A stretch of 57,902 nucleotides of DNA, taken from the IMG/VR virus record IMGVR_UViG_2811995276_000001. One strand, written 5' to 3'. This stretch comes from a virus (lineage: Duplodnaviria; Heunggongvirae; Uroviricota; Caudoviricetes). Below are positions 9,577 to 22,000 of the stretch, one piece after another. A model generated the notes under the pieces. The model saw only the letters and a list, made by a program, of their open reading frames with translations. It was not told where the DNA came from and made no database searches. Position numbers and translations under genes: made by a program. Every line of letters begins with the position of its first letter. Within the stretch, counting starts at the first letter, position 1.

Positions 9577-9927
9577 TTATCGTTTTGCTCTTAGTAAAGC
9601 TAGTTGTTCTTCTAACTCTCTAATCTTTCTTTGCTCAGGTGTTTCTAGTTCACGTTCTTTAAATTCATATCCTTCTCTAGGGACAAGGTGGAATTTATTA
9701 TCGATTAACTTAACACGTAAATCATCAATCTGCTCATGAATATTATCGTCAATAATAAAAGTAATAGAAGGGATTTCTAACATGTTATCAGTACCGATTG
9801 AACAACGTCCAAATTGACCATCTTCATCGATAGTATTAACTCCAATAGCTAGTACTGAGAGACCCATGATGTAATAGCCATCTTGATCTACTAATGAGTC
9901 ATATGTTTTGATAGGTTTTAAAGTCAT
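9577..9927 (-). CDS. Hypothetical tail-associated protein
   Basis: AGGAG RBS, lies between Tal and RBP, C-terminal coiled coil. Confidence 0.7.
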   Translation of the reverse strand: MTLKPIKTYDSLVDQDGYYIMGLSVLAIGVNTIDEDGQFGRCSIGTDNMLEIPSITFIIDDNIHEQIDDLRVKLIDNKFHLVPREGYEFKERELETPEQRKIRELEEQLALLRAKR

Positions 9928-9940
9928 AATATATCTCTCC

Positions 9941-12900
9941 TTATGGTTTAATATCTGTTAACACAGTACGTTTAATACGAAAAGTGCCTGCGTGAAAGGT
10001 AGCTTTAGCTCCCGTAAGAGCGGCTTGTAATTCAAATATTCTAGTTTTATTATTAGGTTTCATACCTAATTTTTTCTCTAAATCTATAACAATAGTAGGG
10101 GTTACCCAGGAAGTTGATTTGATTTTTTCTTCATGCAATGTAGTACCACCTGTAGTAGTTCTCCATCTTAAATGTAATGTCACATCAGCAACATTATTAA
10201 TACATGATAATTCAATCATTAAGTATCGTTTAGTATAGTCGTATGTATATCTATTTACACGAGCCCATAATGTACCACCGTTTTCTATTAACTGCTTATG
10301 TCTTTTACCATAGTCATAAGTGCCCCAGTCTAATACATACACCCCTGTAAATACAGATATATCTACATGAGGTTTATTATTATATTTAGCGTTAGTCGGT
10401 TCGCTTGCAACATAGTTTGTAGAATAAAATTGAGGTTCATAAGCCTGGACATTAGCTGAGTTCATGTCGTAACCATTTTCTAGTTTGGTAACTCCATCTT
10501 TAATTTGTGTAATGCCTTTAGGTGATAGGGTAAGGGAGTCGTTGTTACTCTTATCAGTAATTGAAAGAGTATCGCCTGAAAATGTGAGGTTGCCATTAGT
10601 ATTTTCAATAACTGTCATATCAGTGTTTATTCTAAGGTTACGTGTAATCATTTCAATACTTTCAGGGTTAATTGCTATTCTGGAAGTTATATGATCCATG
10701 TCTAATGAATCCGACTTATTTTTAGCCCATGGAGTCGCAACAGAACCGAATTCTAATTTAGGTAAACCATAGTATATTTTTAAGTTTGAATTGGCATAAG
10801 AAGAAGTTCCGTTATATCTTAATAATGCTCTTAAATATTTAGTTTCACCATTTGTGGATTGTGAAGGTACAGTACCTGTGCAAGAGATTCTGAACCATTC
10901 ATCATATTTAACTTCATGTGGTGCTATGCTAGCTCTCATGAAATAAGGATTACTTATCTGTTTAGTATTTTCATAAGTTGCTACTTCAATATAAATATTT
11001 CCATTTAAATATGGCTTAGCACTTGACGGTACGTAGATGTATGTTGAGAAGGTTAAAATATCACCAACTGCATAGTCAGCACTTTTACCAACCATAGAAA
11101 AAGGAGTAGAGAAAGTAGGATAACTGTTATTATTAGAAAAAGTCATTTCTGCAACTCTATGTGATTTACTACCTCTATAATCTAGAGCATTTTCACCTTC
11201 TACTAAAGTCGCTCTTAGAATTGATAATTTACTGTTAGAGATAGTAGAGCCAATATATCCAAAATATATGTTTAATTCTTTGCTTTGAGAATTTGCCGTA
11301 AATGTAAGCACATTCTTTTCATCTCTATTTAATATTACTCTCTCTTGATTTCCTTGAGGTGCCGATGGCATTACTGTTAACCCATTCAAGTATGCATCAG
11401 ATTCGTATTCAAATTGTAATGTATATTTCTTATTAGGTTCCAATGGTTTAGCTAATTTATAGTTGATATGACTTTGGCCATTATATCCAACTAAGTTACT
11501 TCTATATCCACTATCTAATAGCAGGTTTTCATCTGAGTTAATACTCATCTCTGAAAGTTTAGGTACACGAAAATTTCTACTTGAACTATAACTATCAGTC
11601 CAACCCAGTTCATCTGAACCAAAGTCGGTATTAGGTATCAAATTGTTGAGTTGATTTTTAGAAGCAAGTTCTTTAACTTCAAGAGTAATATTATTTGAAG
11701 TTTGGTCTATTTTAGAATCTAAACGTTCATAATTAGTAGTAGTACCTAGATACTTTGTATAGATTACATCTATATCTGCAGTTCTACTATAAGATTGATA
11801 AAGGTTTATTGTTGGTTTACCACGCTCATTTAATTCGAAAAGAGGATGTACAGTGTTCGTGCCTTTTTCATCTATAATTGTTAAATTAAATCCTTTACCT
11901 GTGCCCTTACTAGTAAATAGGGCAGTTGCTCCAGTGACAGTAGTATTGGATCTTGTTTTAGCTGTTACTTCATAAGAGTAGTTATCATTAAACTCATTTC
12001 CATTAACTTCTCTTAAAACTTGAGCTTGTTTGTTTTGTACCTGGTAAGTAGTTTCATAAGTAGATACCTTTTGTAATTGAGCATCTAATTCACTTTTACT
12101 TACTGCATGAGTAATTTTATCTTTGTTTTGTTGGATAAATGAGTTGCTAGCTTCAATTTTAGTGTTTTGCTCTTGTAATTTAGACTCTACTTCGGGAAGA
12201 TATGAATCACGCCATTGAGTACCGCTAACTCGTGAAGCTATTTGTTCTGCTGTCGTAGTGAATTCTGAAGACTTCCACTCGTCAAATCTTTCTTGTACTA
12301 TCTGACCAGCTTGTTTTGCAGTGTTAGCAATAATATCTTGAAGAGCTTCATTAATAGTTGCTTCATAATCTGAAATGGATTGCTTATAAAGTTCTAAAGA
12401 TTGTTGTACAGAAGCGTTTTCTTCTTCACTTACTTTTTTGTCTGAAATTGAATTCTTAATTAAGTTAGTAACATTATTTAGGTTAGTTAATAAAACTCTT
12501 AATTTCTGTGAGACTTTGGTTTTAAGGTTTCGTGATAATTGTGAGTTATTAGAAATAGTTTCACCTTGTTTATTGATACGATTGCGTTCGACATTTAACA
12601 TCATTAATATAGCTTTTAAAGAGCTGTCTTCTTCAATAGAAATTAATCTATCTTCAAATGCATCTAGGACTTTTTTATCAATTTCAGATGTTAAACTTTT
12701 TAAACCTTCAATATCCTTACTTACTTTATCTTTGTAAGCGTCTAAATCAGCTTGTACTTTATTTGCAACAGTATCATCAGTATATTTACTAGCTTTAATC
12801 CAATCGCTTGAAACATATACTTGCCCTGAAGTACGTGCTTGCTTACAAACTAAAATATCACCAAGTCTTCCTTGAGTCCATATATCACCAGGATCATAGG

Positions 12901-15900
12901 GCGGTTTTGGCTCTCTAACGAACACTCGTCGTTTACCATCGGCTGTATCTTGAGCATTTTTTGCACTTGTTAATGCATTAGTTATAATTTGGTCTTCTAC
13001 TAATTGCCACGTGTAATCATTTTCTGTTTTTATAAATCTATAAGCTAGCCCAGTCTTAGTATCCAATAGATAATCCCCAATATGAGCATCCTTTATATCA
13101 TTAGTAGTCCATTCACTAGCAGGTTTATTACTAAGCGTTGGTTTATGTGATACATAATGTGTTTCTATAGCACCATCAACTTGCTTTTGCAATGATTCAA
13201 CTTCTGAATTAACTTGTGAAATAAGTGCATTAAACTTTTCGGCTTGTTGGGCTGCAATATCACTAGCTGCGTTTACTGACATTATAGCTAAGCTATCTGT
13301 AATTGCAGAAGTGTATTCGCTAAGTTTTTTATTATAATCGTTTAGGAGTTGAGTTACATCTTGCTTTTCTTGAGCGTCAATCTTTTCATCGGCAATGACT
13401 TTATTAATTAATTCTCTAAGCCTAGTGTGAGTAGTGGTGTATGCTGAACGCTTATTGCTAACTAATTGACGAATTTCATCATTAATATATTTATTGCTCA
13501 TTAGGGTAGCATATTGTTCTTCAACATCTTTAAATTCACGATCTAACATATCAAGATGTACCATTAATCTAGATTTTTCTTGTAACGTTATTATTCCGTC
13601 TTTAAACGATTCGCTCACAACATTCTCTATCTCACCAATATTGTCTTTTAAGTCCTTTAAGTCATTGTTAATCTCTTCTTTTAAGCTATTAAATTGTCCT
13701 AAAATATATCCTTCATTGTCTTTAGAATAATTTTCTGAGATTTTAAGAACGGCTTCAGTATACTTTTCCTCAAATAATGCTAAGTGATTTTTGTAGTTTT
13801 GATACTTAGTTTTATAATTAAATTTTTCTTGATCATCAGATTTACCATCTTCGATCATATCTTCAACATATTCTATAAAAGCTTTGTGGGTGTTGAATAA
13901 ACTATTATATGCTGTCTCTAAAGGGGCTTTATCTTCTTTATCAAGTTGTTTATTTTGAATTACTGTTGTATATCTATTAGTAATATCACCAAGTTCACTA
14001 GATATTATCATGAGTACTGTTTTAATATTTTCAATTTCAATAGAATCAAAAATATTGTCGGCTGATGACTGCTCGATTAAGTCGTTAGCTTTTTGAATAG
14101 AAGTTTTGAGATCGCTCATCTCATCTTTCATATCAGCTTGAATACGTTCAGCATAGCTTTTAGAATCTTCTACTATTTGTTTCAATTGGTTTTCTTTTGT
14201 GCGTTCAAGAATTTCTTGTACCAATAGCATTAATTCTTTAACTTCATCTTTGAACTGAATTAACGACTCATTAACAGTTTTAGATTCTTGAGATGTTATT
14301 TCTTTATCTTTAACAGTCTCGTTTATATTCATAACTAATGATTGGTATAAACCATTGTAAATAAGTACAGCTTCATCCAATTTAACAATGTCATCTAGTA
14401 ATATATATGGACTATTGTAGGCCGAATCGACCTGTTGCATATATTCAGCATTTTCTTTCTCGAGATTTGATAATGTTTGTTCAATTAAGCGTTTCTCAAC
14501 ATCAGTTATAATACCGTCTTTAAAGGTCTCTTGTAGAACTTTTGAGGTTGTTTCGACGATATAATCCACATCATTTGCTTCACTGATAGCTTCATCAATT
14601 TTACGTGCAAACTCATCTCTAATTATGTCATTTTGAACTTTATTTTCTTCACGCATTTGATTTTTCAGTGTTTCAAAATAATCATTACCGTCATTTGCTA
14701 GAAGGTTAAAATTAGAAACGTTAGCAGTTAAACCATCTTTATCAAATCTTACAGTTCCAGACTCATTTTCAAGTGTCAATGTTTCACCAATAATCATAGA
14801 ACCAATGACCATTTCGGCATTAATACCGCTAGGGGTAACACCAGTTTTAAACGTTTCACCACCATCTTTAGTCATTGCAATAACGCCACCAACCATTATT
14901 ACGTATTCATTAGGGTTCTCGTTTGAAACAACTTTAACACCATGCGAGCCAATATCGACAGTTTCATTACCTGCCATAATACGTTTTTTATTAGCATCCC
15001 ATTCACCTTGAATAAGCTTGCTCATCTTAGTTAGCTTACCTTTTTGGTCACGTATTTGTTGCTTATGAAAGTTAACTTGACCTGCATTTGAAGCGGTTGA
15101 AGCGATAAGTTCAGATACTTTTTCACTCATGTCTTTATAATCAATTACATCACTAACAGTAAGAGTTACGCTATTGTCATCAAAATTAATAGTCATATCA
15201 GTGATATATGCTTTTAGTTTTTCATTAAAAACTTTATTAGAGAAAGTAATAATATCTCCAGTTACTAACTTATCCCAGTTGTGCTTATCTTCAAGAGATT
15301 GTATAAAATTAACAACACTTATGGTCAATTGTCGATTGAGTTTTTTCTGCTTCTTCATTTGTATAATAGCATCGTCATATAGTTCTTTAGCTTCAGTGTG
15401 ATTTTCTTGTTGCCAAATACCACCATAAACAAACTGCTCACGTTCTTTGTATAATTCTTCAGATAAGAAATTTTTAGGGTGCATAGAGTCTATTAATGAT
15501 TTTTTCTCATTCTCTAAGACTTTCATTCGTTTTTCAACAACGCTTAGTGCTTTGGACTGATTAGACACTAGAACTTTATACTTTTCATAGTTATACTTTT
15601 CTTCGATATGTTTAGTATTCTCATCTTCAAAATCTTCCTTAGATGACCTTGTTAAAACAACGTGTAAGTTTACATTGCTGCTTAAAGCCTTTATATTGTA
15701 AGTTAATTTTTCTTTGTATTTAGTAGCATCTTGAAAGTCTCCAGAATCTATTTTTAAGTATAACCAGTCGTTCTTTTGAATGTCATAACTATTACCTTGA
15801 AACTTGATTCTAGCTAAATTTCCATTATTTTTAATCATAAGTACATAATAAGATGATTTTTCTACAATGATGTCAAAACTTTGCTTCTTGATGCCCAGGT

Positions 15901-16939
15901 CAATGTATTCTGATTTAGGTGTTAAAATTTCTTTACGCTGATTTTGTCTGTCTAGAATAGCGCTTAGTTGATTTAACTTAAATTGTTCTTGAGTAAATTC
16001 TCCAAGTAAATCACTATATTTTTTGGTTAGCTGTTCTGCATATTCTTTTTTAGAGTCATAGTAATCTTTATAGTCTAATAAAGCATGACATAAATTATCA
16101 GACATGTAATCACTATGCTTAATAACATTTCTGTTAACATCACGTTTAAAAGGATGCATAAAATATGAGAAGTCTTCTATATAATCTGTACCAGCTGGGT
16201 TAACGCCTTGAATAGTTAATCCGTTATTTCCGAACGGGTAGAGTCTTGTAATAATATCTTTGGAAAGAGTTTGATCTTCAAATGATTTTAAATAACTATT
16301 TTCTCTTATACGTAAACCACGGTTAGTACCAACGTTATCTTTATGATAAAACGAGACTTCACGACTCAAATTATTGAAAATAGCTACAGAGTCGAATTGA
16401 GTATTAACTTGGTCAATTAACCCCATTACAGTCGAGTTAGTTGCTTGTAATTCTCGCTTAACTTCACGTAGTTTAGGGTCAACGTATTTAATAGACCAGA
16501 GAGGGGCATAAGATTCAAATATCTTGTTAATCATTTCATTTAGCTCAGTACCTAATAATTCTATCTCGTTAACAGATTTTTTATTAAGTTCAGTACATAA
16601 TGAATCAGCAACAACTTGAATAGAATCGGATTCATTAGAAACTTTCTTTATGTCATCAATTACTAATAAATCCTTGAACCCGTTATAATGATATTCAATT
16701 ATATATTTGTTTTTAATCATGTTATATATCGAATTAGTTCTTGACTCATGATCTGACTCATCGAATATAACAGGAGCAACCTGAAATGATAATTGATTAA
16801 TATTATTATGTTTAAAGGTACCTTGAAGCTTGGTAATACCACTTATGCGCTCAATTCTTGTAAAGTCTGGCTTTAATAACCAAAGTTTAGGTTTAGGTCT
16901 ATCTTCAAAATCATAAGTAAAATGTTTATTTAAAGCCAT
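9941..16939 (-). CDS. Baseplate hub/Tal-like tail protein with a long helical repeat stalk and C-terminal carbohydrate-binding-like domains
   Basis: N-terminal prophage tail endopeptidase-like region (IITRLYPFGNNGLTIQGVNPAGTDYIEDFSYF), directly after Dit, 2332 aa. Confidence 0.8.
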   Translation of the reverse strand: MALNKHFTYDFEDRPKPKLWLLKPDFTRIERISGITKLQGTFKHNNINQLSFQVAPVIFDESDHESRTNSIYNMIKNKYIIEYHYNGFKDLLVIDDIKKVSNESDSIQVVADSLCTELNKKSVNEIELLGTELNEMINKIFESYAPLWSIKYVDPKLREVKRELQATNSTVMGLIDQVNTQFDSVAIFNNLSREVSFYHKDNVGTNRGLRIRENSYLKSFEDQTLSKDIITRLYPFGNNGLTIQGVNPAGTDYIEDFSYFMHPFKRDVNRNVIKHSDYMSDNLCHALLDYKDYYDSKKEYAEQLTKKYSDLLGEFTQEQFKLNQLSAILDRQNQRKEILTPKSEYIDLGIKKQSFDIIVEKSSYYVLMIKNNGNLARIKFQGNSYDIQKNDWLYLKIDSGDFQDATKYKEKLTYNIKALSSNVNLHVVLTRSSKEDFEDENTKHIEEKYNYEKYKVLVSNQSKALSVVEKRMKVLENEKKSLIDSMHPKNFLSEELYKEREQFVYGGIWQQENHTEAKELYDDAIIQMKKQKKLNRQLTISVVNFIQSLEDKHNWDKLVTGDIITFSNKVFNEKLKAYITDMTINFDDNSVTLTVSDVIDYKDMSEKVSELIASTASNAGQVNFHKQQIRDQKGKLTKMSKLIQGEWDANKKRIMAGNETVDIGSHGVKVVSNENPNEYVIMVGGVIAMTKDGGETFKTGVTPSGINAEMVIGSMIIGETLTLENESGTVRFDKDGLTANVSNFNLLANDGNDYFETLKNQMREENKVQNDIIRDEFARKIDEAISEANDVDYIVETTSKVLQETFKDGIITDVEKRLIEQTLSNLEKENAEYMQQVDSAYNSPYILLDDIVKLDEAVLIYNGLYQSLVMNINETVKDKEITSQESKTVNESLIQFKDEVKELMLLVQEILERTKENQLKQIVEDSKSYAERIQADMKDEMSDLKTSIQKANDLIEQSSADNIFDSIEIENIKTVLMIISSELGDITNRYTTVIQNKQLDKEDKAPLETAYNSLFNTHKAFIEYVEDMIEDGKSDDQEKFNYKTKYQNYKNHLALFEEKYTEAVLKISENYSKDNEGYILGQFNSLKEEINNDLKDLKDNIGEIENVVSESFKDGIITLQEKSRLMVHLDMLDREFKDVEEQYATLMSNKYINDEIRQLVSNKRSAYTTTHTRLRELINKVIADEKIDAQEKQDVTQLLNDYNKKLSEYTSAITDSLAIMSVNAASDIAAQQAEKFNALISQVNSEVESLQKQVDGAIETHYVSHKPTLSNKPASEWTTNDIKDAHIGDYLLDTKTGLAYRFIKTENDYTWQLVEDQIITNALTSAKNAQDTADGKRRVFVREPKPPYDPGDIWTQGRLGDILVCKQARTSGQVYVSSDWIKASKYTDDTVANKVQADLDAYKDKVSKDIEGLKSLTSEIDKKVLDAFEDRLISIEEDSSLKAILMMLNVERNRINKQGETISNNSQLSRNLKTKVSQKLRVLLTNLNNVTNLIKNSISDKKVSEEENASVQQSLELYKQSISDYEATINEALQDIIANTAKQAGQIVQERFDEWKSSEFTTTAEQIASRVSGTQWRDSYLPEVESKLQEQNTKIEASNSFIQQNKDKITHAVSKSELDAQLQKVSTYETTYQVQNKQAQVLREVNGNEFNDNYSYEVTAKTRSNTTVTGATALFTSKGTGKGFNLTIIDEKGTNTVHPLFELNERGKPTINLYQSYSRTADIDVIYTKYLGTTTNYERLDSKIDQTSNNITLEVKELASKNQLNNLIPNTDFGSDELGWTDSYSSSRNFRVPKLSEMSINSDENLLLDSGYRSNLVGYNGQSHINYKLAKPLEPNKKYTLQFEYESDAYLNGLTVMPSAPQGNQERVILNRDEKNVLTFTANSQSKELNIYFGYIGSTISNSKLSILRATLVEGENALDYRGSKSHRVAEMTFSNNNSYPTFSTPFSMVGKSADYAVGDILTFSTYIYVPSSAKPYLNGNIYIEVATYENTKQISNPYFMRASIAPHEVKYDEWFRISCTGTVPSQSTNGETKYLRALLRYNGTSSYANSNLKIYYGLPKLEFGSVATPWAKNKSDSLDMDHITSRIAINPESIEMITRNLRINTDMTVIENTNGNLTFSGDTLSITDKSNNDSLTLSPKGITQIKDGVTKLENGYDMNSANVQAYEPQFYSTNYVASEPTNAKYNNKPHVDISVFTGVYVLDWGTYDYGKRHKQLIENGGTLWARVNRYTYDYTKRYLMIELSCINNVADVTLHLRWRTTTGGTTLHEEKIKSTSWVTPTIVIDLEKKLGMKPNNKTRIFELQAALTGAKATFHAGTFRIKRTVLTDIKP

Positions 16940-16963
16940 TTGTTTTTCCTCCTAATTTTATAT

Positions 16964-16991
16964 AAAAAAGCCACGGCACAAAGCCATGGCT
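16964..16991 (-). terminator. Intrinsic terminator between Dit and Tal
   Basis: Stem agccacggc/gccatggct plus A6 run. Confidence 0.7.
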
Positions 16992-19068
16992 ATAATAAAA
17001 CAAATTGATATGTAATTTTTAACCTATAGTTTCCAAAAAACTCTAGGTCATTGTATCCACGTTTAAGTCTGATAAAATTATCATCATGTGAATTATATTT
17101 ATAGTAGGGTGCTGGTCTAGATGTATAAATCTGCTCTGAAGAACCAATCATTTTAATTTGCTCCCCACTAATATTATCTGTAATTATAGTTTGTTCTCCT
17201 GTATCTAGATTCCTAACCATAATATCTGAACCGTCTCTAGACTCAAATAAGAAAGTAGGGTATACAGCTTTGTCGCCATAGTTGAAAACTGTAATTTTAT
17301 CAGCGCCTATCTCATATGATCCATCTATTAAGCGATGATTCCTTTCAATAAAATCGGCTACTTGATTGTTAATTTCTTGAGAGCGTGCTGCAAACTCCAA
17401 AAAGCGCTTATAATGAGGTTGTATATCATCCCATTGATACAATTTCATGTTGTCACCTTTGACTAGTGAGCTAATTTCAGTCCTCAAATCATTAAATAAA
17501 ATATCAATTTTATCCTGAAAATCTGAGATGTTAATGCCTTCAACTTTACTAAGTTTGTCAAAGGATTCAAGCAGTTCATTATAAATGTTAACTACTTTAT
17601 CATTGTACTTCTCTAGCATATTTAAATAATCGCCGTATTCAAAATACACAAGTTTTTCAATAGGTGTGCCTTTATCTAATTTAGACTTATTAAGGTCATT
17701 TAATTCCCATAAGTCTATATAATCAATGTGACCCTTAGTGTTTCTAAAATCTAACTCTATATAAGCATGTGAATCAAAGTATGGATATTTTACAAGCACT
17801 TCATCATCACTTAAGTTATCGAATTCTTCATATTCTTTATCATTTACGCTATATACACGTATATAAGATAACTTTGCATCATTATTATTACTAGAAGATA
17901 TAATTATAGAGTTGTCAGATTTGGAACCAATAAACTTCATTCTGTTAATGCTACTAGATGTGTTGGTATTAGTATTTGCTCCAATTGTAATAGATGAATT
18001 CTTATTTCTATCTTCAGATATCATGACGTATTTTACACCGTCTATAATACTGATAGGGGATGAAAGTTTACCGTGGTTTTTTAATAACTGAAATTCAGTA
18101 TCTTTATCTATCTCAAATGAACCTGTTTCACCGACTTTAGTCCATCCTTCACCTATGCCATCTTTAGAACTATCTAAATCAAAAGTTCCTGAATGTCCCA
18201 TGAGATTTCTTCTGAATACAAATTCGTGAACAGGGGTATCATCAATCTTGTAATCATTCTCATGGATTCGAATTTTTCCACCTTTACCATGAGCTCTCAT
18301 GTAATAATTGCGCTTATAATTACCATTGAATCGCTTTCGCAATTGGACATTGTTAAGCGTTAATTTACCTTTTTCATCGAGCTGAATATCATCTAAGCTT
18401 CCATATACCAATTTCCAGCCATCAGGTAACTTATCTTTATTTTTATCCTTGAAAAATTCTTCAACGTTAGCATAATTTGTTCTAGCTACATACTGTTTTA
18501 AAGATTTTCCTATATTATTAGAAGTCAATGATAGGCTTGAAAATTCACTATTATATTCATCACGTATTTTTTCTGATGCGCTACGTGTAAAATCATATTC
18601 TTCTTCCATTACTTCCGAATAGCGACGAGAGCTATTGGTAGTAAATTCTAAGTCAACATAACCATCATTTATAACATTATGTGATAGCTCGGAAGCTCCT
18701 GTAACCATCGCATACACAACTATATGCATATTGGCTTCCTCTTTGGTATCAAACTTTAATTCTTTGTAGGTAGAGGTGTGTAACCATCTACGTAACGCCA
18801 TTAAGTCTAATTGACGTAATTTATGTTCATCGAATAACAATCTAATTTTAAATTTCAAAGGTTCTTCATTGAAACCAAGCAGGTAACTTTTATCGCTGTA
18901 TCTAGTTTTTTCTACTATTAAGCTTCGGTCTGGCAAAAATGTCTCTTTTGCCAAACCTGAGTCTGCTTGAACATTCATTACAAAGAAATCCTTTGTATGT
19001 TGACCGTTAAAGATGAAGTGGGGCGCATTACTTAACTCAGTGTATTCCATTGAGTATATATCCCTCAC
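16990..19068 (-). CDS. Distal tail protein (Dit) with a large internal insertion
   Basis: Dit-like ends (FIFNGQHTKDFFVMNV...; NYGDKAVYPTF...FIRLKRGYNDLEFFGNYRLKITYQ), position after TMP, 692 aa. Confidence 0.8.
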   Translation of the reverse strand: MRDIYSMEYTELSNAPHFIFNGQHTKDFFVMNVQADSGLAKETFLPDRSLIVEKTRYSDKSYLLGFNEEPLKFKIRLLFDEHKLRQLDLMALRRWLHTSTYKELKFDTKEEANMHIVVYAMVTGASELSHNVINDGYVDLEFTTNSSRRYSEVMEEEYDFTRSASEKIRDEYNSEFSSLSLTSNNIGKSLKQYVARTNYANVEEFFKDKNKDKLPDGWKLVYGSLDDIQLDEKGKLTLNNVQLRKRFNGNYKRNYYMRAHGKGGKIRIHENDYKIDDTPVHEFVFRRNLMGHSGTFDLDSSKDGIGEGWTKVGETGSFEIDKDTEFQLLKNHGKLSSPISIIDGVKYVMISEDRNKNSSITIGANTNTNTSSSINRMKFIGSKSDNSIIISSSNNNDAKLSYIRVYSVNDKEYEEFDNLSDDEVLVKYPYFDSHAYIELDFRNTKGHIDYIDLWELNDLNKSKLDKGTPIEKLVYFEYGDYLNMLEKYNDKVVNIYNELLESFDKLSKVEGINISDFQDKIDILFNDLRTEISSLVKGDNMKLYQWDDIQPHYKRFLEFAARSQEINNQVADFIERNHRLIDGSYEIGADKITVFNYGDKAVYPTFLFESRDGSDIMVRNLDTGEQTIITDNISGEQIKMIGSSEQIYTSRPAPYYKYNSHDDNFIRLKRGYNDLEFFGNYRLKITYQFVLL

Positions 19069-19088
19069 TAATACTCATCTCCTTGTCA

Positions 19089-22000
19089 TTATAAAGTACC
19101 ACTCTTGCGTAGGGCGGTTTCAAGGTTGTTAACAAGATTGTCTACTTCCTTTTGAGATCCATTGAAGTTTTCTATGTTAACTAAAGCTTTAGCTTGAGTG
19201 TTGTTATTTGTTGTAACGTTAGATATCGCTTTATTAATATCTTTAGGCTTCATAACATCTTTAATATTTAAACCATTCAGTATAGCAGAAGGGGCTAATG
19301 CGTTTAGTTGTTTAATAGCCGCAGCGGTAGCCTCGCTTAATGGCTTCGGTTTAAGGTTAGATGTAGGAAGTGGGATATTACCAGAGCTGTTGTTTTCATT
19401 AAGAATAGTTGCTACATCAACTAAGTTTTTGAATGTTTCATTTATAGCGTCTAATATGTTTTGACCTATAGAATTACCGATATCTTTCATATTATCCGAA
19501 ACAAACTTGGATAGGTCTGTAACCATAACTTTATACTTATCAACTTGACCTTTCATAAGTTCTTCTTGAATTTCATTGTACTTACGAGTGTCTTCAAGTA
19601 AGTCAGTAAAGGCTTTATTTAAATCTTCTTTTTGCTGCTGTAATTGGTCGTTCTTGTCTTGTAATTCATCTTGTAAAGCTTGTTTCTTATCTTCACGATT
19701 TTTGTTTCTTAAATATGCCTCGTATTCTTCTTCGCCTTTTTGAAGTTGTTCACGCAAGTCTTTAAGTTTCTTTTGGTTAGCTAAACTGTCATCGCCCATG
19801 CGACTAGCAATCTCTTCACGAATTTTATTGAGAGCTTCTGTTTTATCCTTGACGTCTTTTTGGAAGGTCTCATCTTTAGCTTCATCATCTAATAATCGAA
19901 TCTTTTTATTTATCATCTTTTCGAATTGCTTGTATTCATCATCATAAGCTTTAGTAGCTACTTCAAGCTGCTTCTGATAAATTGTTTTAATTGATTGGAT
20001 CATCGCATTTGCCATTTCAGAACGCACAGTGTGTAAAGCCTTGTTACTTTCTTGAAGCGAATTAGTTACCTCGTCAATGGAATCTCTTATTTTCTGAGCT
20101 TGAGAAGGAAGAGATTTATAAAGCTCCAACATGTCTTCAAGTTCTTTCTTATTCTTACGTAGTGCCTCTTGCTCTTTTGCATAACCTTTAATCATTTTTT
20201 CTTGGTTATCTCTGAATAAATCAATCTGATATTCAGAAGAAATAAATGCACCATTATATTCAAAAGTACGTAAGTCCTTTTGGAAATCCTTAAGTCTACG
20301 TAAGTTAATAGTTAATTGACGTTCAATGTCTATTTCAGCAGCTTCTTTTAAAAACTCATGTGCCGATAGGGCAGCATCATCATATGCAGTCTTCATCTCA
20401 TTTAATTGTGATTTAATACGCTTTTGTAATTCTGCATTTTTACCAATTTTTTTAGATTGTTCCTCTAATTGACTAATGTAGAACTGTGTTGTGTCAGCAC
20501 GTTTCTTAGCTTCTTTGTGTTGCTCAGTTGTAAGCCTAACAAGTTCTGTAGCTTGTTCTACATCCATAGCATCTAAATGACTCTTTTGTTTGCTATAGCC
20601 ATCTATAATACGTTGGATTTTGTCAGCATCATCATTATAATCATCAATTATTTGGTCTACTAATGAAGCGGCTATTTCACCTCTAGCTCTCATAACACCA
20701 TTTGCGATGTCTCGAATATTTTGCTCAGCTTCACGCTTAGCTTTTTCCATTTCATCTCTGTAAACAGTTTGACTACCGAAAATGCCGTCTTTATTGCTTT
20801 TGAGAGCCTTATTAATATAAGTGATTTTATCTTGTTCCCATTTTTGCTCTAATTCTTTAGAAATTTGTAATTCTTCATTTTTCTTTCGCCAAGCCGCCGT
20901 GTTTCTGCCTTTTTCAAACTCAATTTTGTTTAGCTGATATTCATACTTAGCAGATTTAGCAGCTTGTAATTCTCTAGAACGGTCGAATGATTCAATGTGA
21001 GACTTGTGTATGTTGTACAGATTTTCACGTTTAGCTTGAGAGTTTCTGATAGCTTCAAGTTGAGTGTCCATAAGCTTTTTACGAAGCTCATCAACTTTTT
21101 GTTTCATCTTTTCAGCTTCATTATGTTCATTTATGGCAGCTTCAATTTCGGCTAAACGTTCTTCTTGAATTCTATTAAGGTCATCAGCCATTGCAGCATC
21201 AATAGAACCAGTAGCAATTGAGCCAGTGCTTAGATTATTGAAATCTATACTTCCGCCACCTGATACTTTCAAATATCCACCTAATCTAGGATCAATAGCG
21301 GCGTGAGCACCTTTGAATGTATCCATGAAAGTACCAGTAGGAGTTCGTCCTTTATTAACTTGTACGTGTAAGTGGGGGCCAGTACTACGTCCACCTCTGC
21401 CAAATGTTGAACCAACGTTACCTACATGTTGCCCAGCTTGAACAGTAGAACCTACTTTTAGTTTAGAAGGTCTAATCATGTGCATATATGTATATGTATT
21501 TTTACCGTCAAAAATTGATATAGTGTTACCTCCACCAGTCCAACCTTTGAATGTAACAACACCAGATTTAGCAGCACGGATTGCTGAATTATTAATATTT
21601 GCACTCGTAATATCTAAGCCATAATGAGCACCTGATAAACCGCCCTTAGTATATCTACCAAAAGTAGAGTCAAATAAGTAAGCTGTAGGATCTGCTACAA
21701 CACTTTTACCAGCCATTCCTTTTATAGCTTTATTACTGCCTGTACCTTTAAATTGGTTATAATATTTTTTGGCAGCAGAATTACGTTGACCTTGTGCTAC
21801 TACTCCTGCACGTTCGAATTTACGTTGAAACGCATCAGCAGCTGCAACTACAGAACCTGAACTTTTTAAAGCTCTTAGTGCATTAGTTTCAGTAGTTGTT
21901 AATTCATGCCATAAAAAGTCTAGTTGCGTATTTAAATCTGACCAAGCTTTACCTTTACGTTTAGCAAAGTTTCTTAGGTTGTTAGCACGTCCAAATGACC

